Shown here: positions 26,162 through 37,179 of the stretch, in pieces | Numbering within the stretch: the stretch's first letter is position 1 | How the letters are laid out: each line of letters begins with the position of its first letter | Origin: Chiloscyllium plagiosum | Lineage: Eukaryota | Direction: 5' to 3' | Assembly (NCBI RefSeq): GCF_004010195.1 | Contig: NC_057735.1 | Coordinates: 7,437,237 to 7,501,236, forward strand | DNA: 64,000 nt | The notes under the pieces: generated by a model | Databases searched by the model: none | Told to the model about the DNA's origin: nothing | What the model saw: only the letters and a program-made list of their open reading frames with translations | Translations under genes and position numbers: made by a program

Positions 26162-26455
26162 GTTAAGTGCACTGCTGGCAAAATATAAAGTAACAGGAGT
26201 TTTGGGAAGAGCGATCACAATAGATTGTCACTATGGCAAAGGGTCACAATTGTACGTGAAATTTTGAAGTCGCCAGTGCTCTGTTTTAGTAAAATCATGG
26301 ACATCATGGACAATGAGGAAAAACGTAAATCACAGAGAACAAGACAAAAAATACTATGGAGGATCTTCGCTCTGAAGATGCAGGATGGTACAGCTGTGGT
26401 ATTGACCAATCCGGCCTCATTTCAGTGTCTGCTGTAGAGCTACAAATATCTGACG
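26162..26455 (+). pseudogene. pIgR/CD300-like Ig V-set exon 2, disabled
   Basis: Acceptor tgtcttttcag; KVTGVLGRAITIDCHY...YVKF* then RQCSVLVK...MEDLRSEDAGWYSCGIDQSG...VELQISD; donor gtacat. Trp codon is TGA, internal deletions. Confidence 0.88.
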
Positions 26456-27574
26456 GTACATTTCTCAGTGATATCATTGATTATTCTCCATTGAGATGTA
26501 AGATCAATGTTTTATCTGTGAGAGAACATGACAGTTCCAGTATCCTGATGCCCCGCGGCAGTGAAAGGGTTTTGCAGTGAGAAGGCAGAGATCAGAATGC
26601 TTTGTAAAAAGAATTGGAACTTTGTGGTCAAGACAAGTTATCTAAAAACATCAGATTTGATTAAATGGACTGGTGTCGTTCTTATCTTCGTTGCCCACCA
26701 CCAGCTAAAACATTGTGAGAATTTACATCTCCATTCTCAATGGCTACCTACAGTCATTTAACACTGAGTACAGAGGGAAGTGAATGGGGACTTTGACTTT
26801 TGGTACCTCAGCAGCAGTGGACACCACTCGGACCTGAGCAAGTCCCCTGAAGGGGAAGAGCCAGGTTCCTGTCTGGGACATGCTGTCAGTGCAGAGAGAG
26901 AGGGATGGGGCTCTGGGATGAGTAATAATAGGTTTTGAGTAGATTTTCTGCCACCAACCTCTTTGTTGGTATTAGTCCAGCCCTTCGAGTGGAATTTAAT
27001 TCAGTAAAAACAGGAAACTCAACCAGCATATGGCTTAAAGCTGGAGACTTTGAAGTAGATCTGACACAGCATCCATTTACGCAGCATTTTGAGATTTCAG
27101 AATCCCAGAAAAGTAAATTCCTATCTCCCTCTGAACTTGAGTTAAAATGTCATTTCAGTCACAGTCAAATGGGATGAAGCACATTTAAACTCCCTGTTTA
27201 AGGCCATGAAATTTGTACCAGACATTTGCCTATTTATTGTTTTATTTTATTCCATGATTATGTAACATTCTCTCCAATAACTTTCCATTTAGCCATCCAA
27301 AGCCTTGGAATCTGGCTATCTGCTACTGTAAGAAAATATTGGCTCTGATTTCCACATTGACATATGTTCATTATCATTACATTTGTCCTAATTTAGATTC
27401 TTCGTATGATCAGATGTCATTGGAGAGATGGGAATGCACTTTACTGGGAGGATGGAGAGATAGATGTGTTGAGGATATTCCAGCGTACAGGCTCTGGATG
27501 AGATGTCGAAATGTTGGAAATAGGAAAGTGAATGCTGCTCAGGCAGTAACTGAATGTCTGTTTGTTTTCCCCAG

Positions 27575-27885
27575 AGCCTGTATCTGTTCCTATACTTAGA
27601 TTTTTATCGTCTCCACCAAATGCTTCATGTTTTGGGAGCTCGGTGTCAATATCCTGTGAATCTGTCTCGGGATCCCTCTCCATTCAGTACACATGGTATG
27701 AATGGACCCTGTCTGAAGATTCAAAGATCTCTAACACCAGTAAACTGGATCTGCATTGTCACTCCTTTACACAGCAACAACATCAATATTACTGCATAGC
27801 CTCAAATCCAGTGAAATTGTTCATGTGTCAGTCACTCACAGACCAGGGGAGAACTCCAGTTATGTGGCACAAATCAGCACCAGTG
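27575..27885 (+). pseudogene. Ig C2-like exon 2, frameshifted near end
   Basis: Acceptor ttgttttccccag; EPVSVPILRFLSSPPNASCFGSSVSISCESVSGSLSIQYTWY...KLDLHCHS...QYYCIASN; ~16-nt deletion relative to copy 1, shifted frame resumes SSEIVHVSV...NSSYVAQIS; donor gtaatt. Confidence 0.9.
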
Positions 27886-28229
27886 GTAATTTATATTGTA
27901 AACAAACAATATAATTGCTGATTTGTCAAAATATAAATTTCTAGCAAACTACTTGCCAGTTGTATTCCTTCAGTCAGTCTGAAAAATTGCAACTTGCCAA
28001 ATTTACTCAATCTGGTCTTTCAATCAATCCGAACATGGTCACTTCGTAAATATGATAAGATTAGAAAATGTCCCAAAAGCATGGATAAAGTTTGCAGAAA
28101 TCCCCGTAATCCCAGAAAAGTAAAACATTAGTAAAAGTAAAACACAGAAAAGTAAGAATTGACTGAGTCTTCAATAGTTGAAATAGTTATTTTTAGCAGA
28201 AGAAATTCTGACTTCCCTCTCGTGTCCTC

Positions 28230-28558
28230 ATTAGATTAGATTAGATTAGATTACTTACAGTGTGGAAACAGGCCCTTCGGCCCAACCAGTCCACACCGAC
28301 CCGCCGAAGCGCACCCACCCATACCCATACCCCTACGTTTACCCCTGCATCTAACACTACGGGCAATTTAGCATGGCCAATTCACCTAACCTGCACATTT
28401 TTGGATTGTGGGAGGAAACCGGAGCACCCGGAGGAAACCCACGCAGACACGGGGAGAATGTGCAAACTCCACACAGTCAGTCGCCTGAGGCGGGAACTGA
28501 ACCCGGGTCTCTGGCGCTGTGAGGCAGCAGTGCTAACCACTGTGCCACCGTGCCGCCC
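28230..28558 (-). mobile_element. HE1-type SINE, young full-length copy
   Basis: (TTAGA)4 tail, complete head, CpG-rich. Confidence 0.93.
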
Positions 28559-28582
28559 ACTAGGAAGGATGTCAGGAGAAAG

Positions 28583-29567
28583 TGTGATATGCTGTCACTT
28601 TAAAAGGTTATTTTGTCCTAGTTTTTTTGAAGAGAGGTTGTAAGGCAGACGTGTTTATCTGTCTCTGAGATTGTAAACAATTTGAGAGGCTCTGGGTTTT
28701 TTTTTGTAAAATTGTAACAATGGAAACATTCTGGTTGGGGCCAGGTCTCACAGACCAGGTTTCCAGTGTTGTTTTTAGATTTAGTTTTAAACAGAAGCCA
28801 TTGGGGTCTCAAAAGAGTTTGAAACTTCAGTGAATGTCTCCTAGCTGCTACTTTCTCTGAATTTCCTCTGGATGCTTTTTCTCCTCCTTGATTGGAGAAC
28901 TGCATGTGCGAACCTGTGTCTGAATTTGCTTTTTTGCCCATGGTATGTATATAGGGTGTTACTATATTGAAACAGTTAATTAGTAATTGGTACTGTTTTC
29001 CAATAGTTAAGTTAGGAGAAAGTGAGGACTGCAGATGCTGGAGATCAGAGCTGAAAATGTGTTGCTGGAAAAGCGTAGCATGTCAGGCAGCATTCAAGGA
29101 GCAAGAGAATTGACGTTTCGGGCATGAGCCCTTCTTCAGGAATCATTCCTGAAGAAGGACTCATGCCCGAAACGTCAATTCTCCTGCTCCTTGAATGCTG
29201 CCTGACATGCTGTGCTTTTCCAGCAACACATTTTCAGCAATAGTTAAGTTATTCTACATTTCTTTCATTTGTGTTTTAACTATGTGTTGATTCTGATACA
29301 GTCAGTTTCTTGTACATGGAAATCTGAGACTTCTGTTTGTAATTTGTGATGATCAATATCACAGCAAAAAAAGAAGGAAGTTCAGAACTAAGGAGTGTTT
29401 TAACTATAGTGTTAAAATAAATTGTGTTTTGCTCAATATCAAGTAATTTGACCAGTTAAATTGCATCTGCAATATGGCACTTTACATCCACCTTTAAAAT
29501 AAAATAAGCTTTAGGGTCTAGACTACCTTCTTAAAGTGTATAAAGGGGATTTGGTCTGGTCCATAAC
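28583..29567 (+). mobile_element. Probable solo LTR related to the Gypsy LTRs at 57.5/61.3 kb
   Basis: TG start; 3' end ggtctggtccataaca and aataaa region resemble LTR ends at 58175 and 61959; no clean TSD. Confidence 0.5.
29015..29237. mobile_element. Palindromic Penelope pseudo-LTR insertion (family A), two inverted hammerhead cores
   Basis: TSD caatagttaagtta (29001-29014, 29238-29251); ~95-bp inverted arms centred near 29144; CTGAAGA...GAAACGTC on both strands. Confidence 0.85.
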
Positions 29568-29684
29568 AAGGGTGTCAAAGACTTTATCTAAAATGGAAGT
29601 GACTCAGTAAAATTACAGGGCGTCTAAAGCATTTACAGCCATTGCTTGTTAAAGTTTCCTCACTCCTACAATACAGGAAGTGCA

Positions 29685-30032
29685 GCAATCAGTGACTCAG
29701 TGGTCAGCACTGCTGCCTCAGAGCAGCAGGGACCTAGATTCGCTTCCTGTCTTGCTCAACTGCCTATGTGGAGTTTGCACATTCTCCCCATGTCTGTGTG
29801 GGTTTCCTCAGGGTGCTCCAGTTTTCTACCACAGTCCAAAGATGTGCAGGTTAGGTGGCCGGGCCATGCTAAATTGTCCATAGTGTCCTGAGATGTGCAG
29901 GCTATGTTAAAAAGCCACGGGAAATGCCAGGTTACAGGGTTAGGGTAGGGGTGGTGGGTCTGGGTGGGTTGGAGAGTTGGTAAGGATTGATGGGCCAAAT
30001 GCCCTGCTTCCACACAGCAGGGATTCTATGAT
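29685..30032 (+). mobile_element. HE1-related SINE (diverged)
   Basis: cagtggtcagcactgctgcctca head, HE1 body, ggattctatgattc tail. Confidence 0.78.
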
Positions 30033-30932
30033 TCAAAGGCCCTTAAGAATTTTATACATTTCAATGAGGTTACCTCTCAATCTTCTAAACACCAGAGAAT
30101 ATAGGCTTATATGAAACCTCCTCATAAAACAATGTCCATCCGACTTGGGTCCAGTGGAGTGAACCCAAGGATAAGTAGGTCTTTTGAGGATACCAACACT
30201 ACAAGCAGCATGGCCACTATGTATTCACAGCTTCCCTATTTTTTATCCCTTCGTAACAAAATATAAAATATTACTTGACTTTGTGTGGCTATGAATTGGA
30301 GGTCGTGTAGTACAATAATAACATCCATGCCCTTCACCAGAAATTCTGGTTTCCAGTTCCACTCCAGGACTTGATGGAAGGGAAGTGTGTTCATAACACA
30401 GCAGCTAAACAGGTTAAGTATCCGTTGTAAACCCTTTCAACTTTACCGGTAGGCGCTAACATTGGGGGAGACTCTTATTGAGGTAAAAACAATGACTGCA
30501 GATGCTGGAAAGCTGCTCGTCGGATGCTGCCTGAATTGCTGTGCTCTTCCAGCACCACTGATCCAGAGATTCTTATTGAGTAAGGTAATGGAAAGAAATT
30601 GGAGCCGCTATCATTGTGATCCATCTCCACAGCAACTAAGACTCACTGGATGGCACGGGGGTGGGTTGCGGTAGGGGGGAAACTGTTAGCACGATCAGAT
30701 TGAATCAATCCCTGGCTCAATTAGTGCCAACAGCATGGGGTTCGATCCCCATTCCAGCTCAGAGTGTATTCAGGCAGTTTATTCTTGCCCTACCCATTGG
30801 ATGATGGGTAATGCCTAATGCTTTCACGCACAGAATTTAAGAAGAAGAAGAGAACAAATCAATGTCAGGCTGCAACATGTCATCAGTGTCGCCTTTTTAC
30901 GAATATCCATCATCCTTATTGTAATTTTCCAG

Positions 30933-30979
30933 GTAAAGGTGGTGTAGGTGCTGGAACAGATAATGCTTTTGAGAATCAG
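30933..30979 (+). CDS. Cytoplasmic exon 1 of the Ig receptor (KGGVGAGTDNAFENQ)
   Basis: Acceptor attttccag, donor CAG|gtaagg; 47 nt, phase 1 in, phase 0 out, joins in frame to 31984. Confidence 0.6.
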
Positions 30980-31983
30980 GTAAGGAGATCAAGTTTGAAT
31001 ATTTTGAATAATAATCATAAATTAACAATAATGCACCTTCAGCACAGACACGGACCAATCAGAACACCTGGTCCCTGCTGGACATTCAACACCAACATCC
31101 CCCCCACCATCTCCAACTAACCCGAACAACAGAAACTTCTCACTCTTTTGTCTTTGGTCTTTCTTGAGATTCTCCTTCAATGTATCCATGCTACTGACTG
31201 AACTAGCTCTTAGTTTGGTGAAACTTTGAACATTCTAAGTTTCATAACCTAACCTCTGAAGTCTAGGTAATGTTCATGTAAACCTACGCTGTGTCCCTTG
31301 CAAGGCCAATATATCTTTCCGAATGTGTGGTACCCAGATCTGCTCATAGTACCCCAAGTGGGATCTAACCAGGGTTTTGTATAACTGCAGCATGACCAAT
31401 GCATCCTTATACTCCAGTGCTCCTAGCTATAAAGGTCAGCATTTTATCACCTTCCTTGATTATGTTCTGCACCTGTTCTTGACATTTTAAGGGTCTATGT
31501 ATTTCAACTCCCAACTTTCTTTTGTCATTCACTGTATTTAACTTCATATCACCCAGAAAGTATCTTGATCAATCCTTTTTTTACTCCAAAATGGATAACC
31601 TCACACTTGGTTATATTGAATTCCATCAGCCACAATTTTGCCCATTCAGTTAGTCTGTCAATATATCCCTTTGTAAATATAAGCTGTCATCTAGACTGTC
31701 TGCAAAACTGTCTAACTGGTACCTCACATGTAAGCTGGATAAGCGCACACGGTAGAAAGGACTAATTAAATACAATTCTGAGGTGAAATGAAGACCAATG
31801 TGAACAGGTTTGTGTGGATGAACTTATCAGACTGAGTTGGTTGTTTGAGCATTTGATAACTTATAAAACTTTGCAACAGTTTTGTCAATTAATTTACAAT
31901 AATCTGAAAAATAGATTTCCCTTCATAGCAACAAAAATCACCATTAATCAAAAGTCAATTCAAACTTTGTGTTTTTGTTTCAG

Positions 31984-32283
31984 CAAATGGTAGGAGCAGA
32001 AGACAACATTGTATATTCAAATATAAAGCGCAGTCAAAGCAGGTCAGGAAAAATACAGAACACAGGAACTGTCCATTCCAAGGACAATGAAAATGGAGTC
32101 ATATATGCAGATTTGCAGTTTCAAAAGAAGTCATCATCATGGAGTGGTGAGGCATCAAGTTACTCAGCTAACAGGGGCAATGCCCTGGTTCAAAGCCAGC
32201 TTCCAGAAAACAACATAGTAACTCCAACAACAGAGAATCCACCAGAATCTGAAATGGCAACTGATACTAAAGTTAAGCATTAG
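31984..32283 (+). CDS. Terminal cytoplasmic exon with two ITIMs
   Basis: Acceptor tttttgtttcag; 99 open codons QMVGAEDNIVYSNI...GVIYADLQF...VKH*; IVYSNI and VIYADL fit ITIM consensus (I/V/L/S)xYxx(L/V/I). Confidence 0.8.
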   Translation, partial: QMVGAEDNIVYSNIKRSQSRSGKIQNTGTVHSKDNENGVIYADLQFQKKSSSWSGEASSYSANRGNALVQSQLPENNIVTPTTENPPESEMATDTKVKH

Positions 32284-33574
32284 GAAATCTATTCATGTCA
32301 ATTTGTGATGGCCATTGCTTCTTACTTTGCAATTTAATTTTATCTGCCATGAACCACAAACCTATTTTGTCTAATTCATCTATAATTTGAGTTGTTCCCT
32401 TCAGTTCCATCCTATTCCCAATATGGCGCAAGATGCCTCCTTTTCTTTTGTCTTATGGAAATGTCACATAAGACATCGAGCCTTGTGATACCCCAGTGCA
32501 TACCCATCATATCACATAACCACCCCAGCAAAGTATAACAGCTCAAATAAGTCAGCTTTATCAAATTCTAGTCTCTAAGGCAGAAAGTTATGGATCTACT
32601 TCAGGATTTGGTCAAGTAACGCAGGCTAACATTTCATTTCTCCTGAGGGTATGCCACCTTTCAGGTGAACTGAGACCCCTCTCTGACATCTGAATGGATT
32701 GTAAAGTGTTCCATATATTCAAAGGTATGAATTTAGGTGAGAAAAGGAAAGCAGTTTAGGATCTTTTAGGGTAAAGACTTATATTGGCAGGTTTCCTCAT
32801 TCTCTGAGTAACTGTATATATTTTACTAGCACAACTTGAACATGGTTTTATTGTGAAACAAGCTGCATCTTATTGTTAAAGCGCACAAGTGGGGTTCTCC
32901 TCCCACTGACAAGTAAAGATGAATGGTGCAGCAAGGACTACACTGACAATGACCTGGCAGTGGGTTGGTGTCACAGTGAATGCAATTTTCTTTTCTCTTG
33001 AACTCAATGAATGCCTTCCTCTGAGAGCAGATACTTCCAATGTTAAATGCTCCCAGAAGCATTTTGTAAAGAGAGTTAATTTACCTTCTTACCTATGAGG
33101 ACAAATCCTAAATTTTTGTTCAGAATATTTGATGCTGACTTCTATAATTCTATTGGCCCTGGAACATGTTAAACTTACTGACTAGGAAACTTAACAACAG
33201 AATAGCTCCCCTCTTGTGTAATCCACCTAGACTATTCATCCCTGGATTCTATAGGCAATTTAGCATAGCCAATCTACCTAACCTGTACTGGACTGTGGGA
33301 AGAAACCTTAGCATGCAGAGGAAGCCCATGCGAACATGGAGCGAAGGTATTAAACGCCACACAGACTGTCACTGGAGGGAGAAATTGAATCCTGGTTCAT
33401 TTCACAGTCATAGAGACGTACAGCATGGAAGCATACCAAACGCCTTCTTCATTATCTTATATACCTGTGACGATATATTTGTTTTTTTTAAATTTGATTA
33501 TTTATTATTATTGTCATGTACTGAGATACAGTGAATGATATTGTTTTGTGTGCTCTACACGCAGATCGTATTGT

Positions 33575-33840
33575 AATGATATTACCGATATTAGTCCCTT
33601 TATTAAAGGGATAATATAGTTGAAAGCAAACCTCCCCTCACTCTGCTGTCTTGTAGACCAAAGCACAGCTGATATGTGCGGTCACCTGAACTATGACAAC
33701 AACCGAGGCAAGAGGAAGTGAATCAGGAAATCCCTTTGTGGTTAAAGAGGATGTCACACTGTGCAGAGACCGCTGTCACCAGCTGTGGTTTGGATCCTGA
33801 GGGTAGGACAGAGATTGTAAAAGAAAGTACCTTAGAAAGC
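33575..33840 (+). promoter_or_regulatory. Candidate haematopoietic enhancer/promoter module, copy B
   Basis: AGAGGAAGTG 33711-33720, GGAAATCCC (NF-kB-like) 33726-33734, TGTGGTT (RUNX) 33737 and 33784, CAGCTG/CACCTG E-boxes. Confidence 0.5.
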
Positions 33841-34312
33841 ATGCTATTCAGATGCATCACAGTGTGGGATGGCAACTGTTATGGCCAAGACCACAATAAA
33901 CTACAGAGAGTCGTGACCATAGCCCAGTCCATCACGCAAACCAACCTTCCATTCATTACCTCCATCTATACTTCCCACTGCCTCATAGAGCAGCAACATA
34001 ATCAAAGCCCCTCCCATTCCTGTTGTACTCTCTTCACCTACTTCTGTCAGGCAGAAGATATATACCTTTGAATACCCAAATGAGTAGACTCAAGAACATG
34101 TTCTTCCCTGTTGTTATCAGACTTTTGAATGGGCCTCTTAAATGTTAATTCTGATCTCTGTCTTTCTGCACCTTCTCTGTGACTGTAACACTGTATTCTG
34201 CACTCTGTTCTGCTACACTGATGCACTTTGTATAGTACGATCCGCCTGTATAGCACACAAAACAATACTTTTTACTTTATCTTGGTACAGGTGACAACAA
34301 TAAATCAATCAA
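33830..34312 (+). mobile_element. Rex1/Babar-like LINE 3' end
   Basis: LESMLFRCITVWDGNCYGQDHNKLQRVVTIAQSI...LP; ends caataaatcaatcaat. Confidence 0.7.
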
Positions 34313-34536
34313 TATATGAGTTCTAATGTGCTTCTCCTCATGCAAGAATGCAAAATGTTGAGTATCAGAGTTGGAGAGCAATGAGTTTAAAGCAGATTGT
34401 ACAAGCTGCATGCTCCCTCAGTTTAAAAAGAAAATTGAAGCAGGGCACCATGACTAAAGGTCTCTTGAGGAACAAAAGAATGAAATAAGAATGGCATTGG
34501 AGGAAGGATTTCTGCATTTCCACTGTCTGGGATGTG

Positions 34537-34611
34537 ATGCATTGGGTTGTCCTCATTCTCTTGGTGATGTGCGTTGTTTCAGTCACAGTGCAGTCTACAA
34601 GACAATGTAAG
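34537..34611 (+). other. Hydrophobic exon candidate (leader or transmembrane): MHWVVLILLVMCVVSVTVQSTRQCK
   Basis: 17-residue hydrophobic stretch followed by strong donor AAG|gtgaga (alternative T|gtaagg); in-frame upstream stop; no partner exon identified. Confidence 0.35.
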
Positions 34612-36846
34612 GTGAGAATTATAATTAATTTACAACTATATCAATTTATAATTATTCTGAGCACTTTGCAAGTACTCTAACTATTTTGAAAACATTGTTC
34701 ACAGATATTGTTAAGAAGATGACTTGTATTTATGTCAATCCTTCCACGTCCTCAGGATGAAACATTTAACCAATCATATTTCTGAAATAATTTTGATGTT
34801 ACAAATGAAACATTAGGTGGATTATTTGTTTAGAATAGATCAGGCTTCTTGATCCTTGTCATAGCTGCACTATCAAGAGATAACCAATTAATGAAGCCAA
34901 GTTTTACTTAATCATTGAAGACATTTTTAATGAAATGTACAGTGTTCAAATCATCCCAAATGCATTCAAGTAATTGCACTGTTACTGTCATTATGTAGCA
35001 GAAGTAGCAGAAATTTTGCATTTGGGAAAGTCGTGACAAAGGAAAGGAAATAGATGTCCAGATAATACCTGCTGAGGCTGGTAAACTGAACAAACTCTCT
35101 TGCTCTTCTTGAAATACTCTCAGCAGCAGTGGATCACCCAGCCATTCTAGGATGTAAATTGTGTATGGGGTGGGGGGAGCAGCAATTTCAATAGGAACGT
35201 CAAAAATAGGAGCAGGAGTAGGCCTTTTGGCCCTTTAACATCACTTCCCCATAAATTATTAGCATCCAACTCAGTACCCTGACATGCGTAAGGACCTAGA
35301 AACAGCCAAATATGTATGAAAGATGCAGTTTAATATGGGGAAGTAGGAGTTTATCTGCTTTGTAGTATCTGAGAAAGAAGTGAAGTCAATAGTTAATGTC
35401 AGTCAGTTAGTAGTGTAACTTATAATTTAATTATGGTATTGAGAGAACACAACTGGAGAGAATCTGAGATGGAGAAACAGCCCCCTCCAATACTGTGTAC
35501 TACAGTGTGAATAAAGAGTTGAAATTGTTTTCCTACGATTATCTCTGGATTCCTAACAGATAAGATAAGGACAGCCAACTAATTGAGTACTACAGGAACA
35601 GGGTTAAACTGAGCCAGGAAGACCATAGTCCTGATTTCCATTCCATGGTCAACGTCATCTTAAGCCATGGTGGTTACACATGGGTATCAGTTAGAGCTAC
35701 CTGATGCCAGGAATTGATAAACCCGCAGGATGACCTGCCAGCTTCAGAAAAGAAGATAAGTGAGGGTGAGAGCTGCCAAAGACTTCAGAAACAAGGAACA
35801 CTTTGAGATCAGGTAAACTTTGAAGTGAAAGAAAATGCATAATAATGGAGAAGCACAAGATGTTGATGCCAAAAGAATAACCATTACCACTATCCCAGCA
35901 GCTCAGAAACATCAAGCATCCTGAGGAAGGTCAGAGAAGATAGCTCGAGATTGAGAGATACAGAACAGCCTCGGGATTGCAGACAAAATCTCTCACTACC
36001 AGGTCAGTACATTTTTGTATCTAATAAGGTGAGGTGCTGATGATAACCCCTCAAAGCAAAGAGTCAATGCAGTTATCTCAGTGGATTACAATTTAGGATC
36101 CAGACAGAACACAATCTTTGGGCCTCCTTCTAAATTCAATATATTGAATGGTCAATATATCACCTTGAATCCAATGTTTTGACTTAGATTCATGAGAAAT
36201 AACTCAACAGCAAATGTACTGCAGGGAAGATGTAAACAACTGCAGACACTCTGTCAAGACCTACACTTGCTGATGTTTTGCAGCAAGATGTCAGATTAAT
36301 TTTTGAGGTGGATGCCTATGTTCCTATTTGACCAGCTACAGAGAAGAAAGTGGTTAAAATCAAAGGAATACAGTTAAGAGAGGATGATTTTTAAAATTTG
36401 TATTCATTCATGGGACATGGCTAGGGCAGTATTTATTGCCCATCCCTTATTGCCCAGAGAGCACTTAAAAGTCTTGTGTCTTTGTGTCTGGAGTCACATG
36501 GAGGCCAGACAAGGTAAAGATGGCAGTTCCCTTCCCGAAAGGACATTAGTAAACCAGACATGTATTTCCAACAATTGACAATGGTTCCATTATCATGATC
36601 AGACCCTTCATACCAGATTTTTTACTGAGTTTTGATTCCAAAACTCCAAGTTTTGTGGCAAGATTCAAACCTAAGTCCCCAGAATTTTACTTTTTGATTA
36701 ATAGGCTCATGATAACACCAGTAGGCCATCAGCTTCTCTTTGCAACCAAGTTAGAGCCTACTGCCAGGCAGGCTGACCTGTATGTGTTTGTAACAATAGA
36801 TTATGAAGATAACATTGACAGCAGCAAAACCACTGAGCATTAGTGG

Positions 36847-37150
36847 ATGACTTGTAGGGTTTTTAATGTGAGGTGGCTGATCCTGAGATCATTGAGAAAT
36901 GAGATTCTCCAGAAACTCCACAGACTCCATAATGGCATCACAAATTACAGAACAGGAGCACAACCATCTCAAAAGTGGCATGTAATCTCAGCTGCCGTAA
37001 AAACCTTTATTACACCGTGCTGTCCCTGTACCATAAACAGTCAACTACCAACAAAACCATTGATGTCATCCAGCTTTTCAGTTAGAAAAGCTAGACTGGG
37101 TATTCATTTAACTTCAGAGGGAAAAACCACATTCATGTTAATCATGTTGG
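36847..37150 (+). mobile_element. Old Ty3/Gypsy integrase zinc-finger remnant
   Basis: LRNEILQKLHRLHNGI...AQ...W...CCPC...KPLMSSSF...LGI follows the H-x-x-H-x-G-I...CxxC...EPL pattern; LTR-like 35361-35558 (TGT...aataaa...ACA) upstream may belong to it. Confidence 0.6.
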
Positions 37151-37179
37151 GTGCAGACTAGTTGACTTTATTCCACAAA

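Noticed and set aside
20784-27885. Rearranging Ig/TCR/IgNAR V segments
   Set aside because: No heptamer-nonamer RSS at the V ends; each V exon includes its G strand and has KYWC/DxGWY features of pIgR/CD300.
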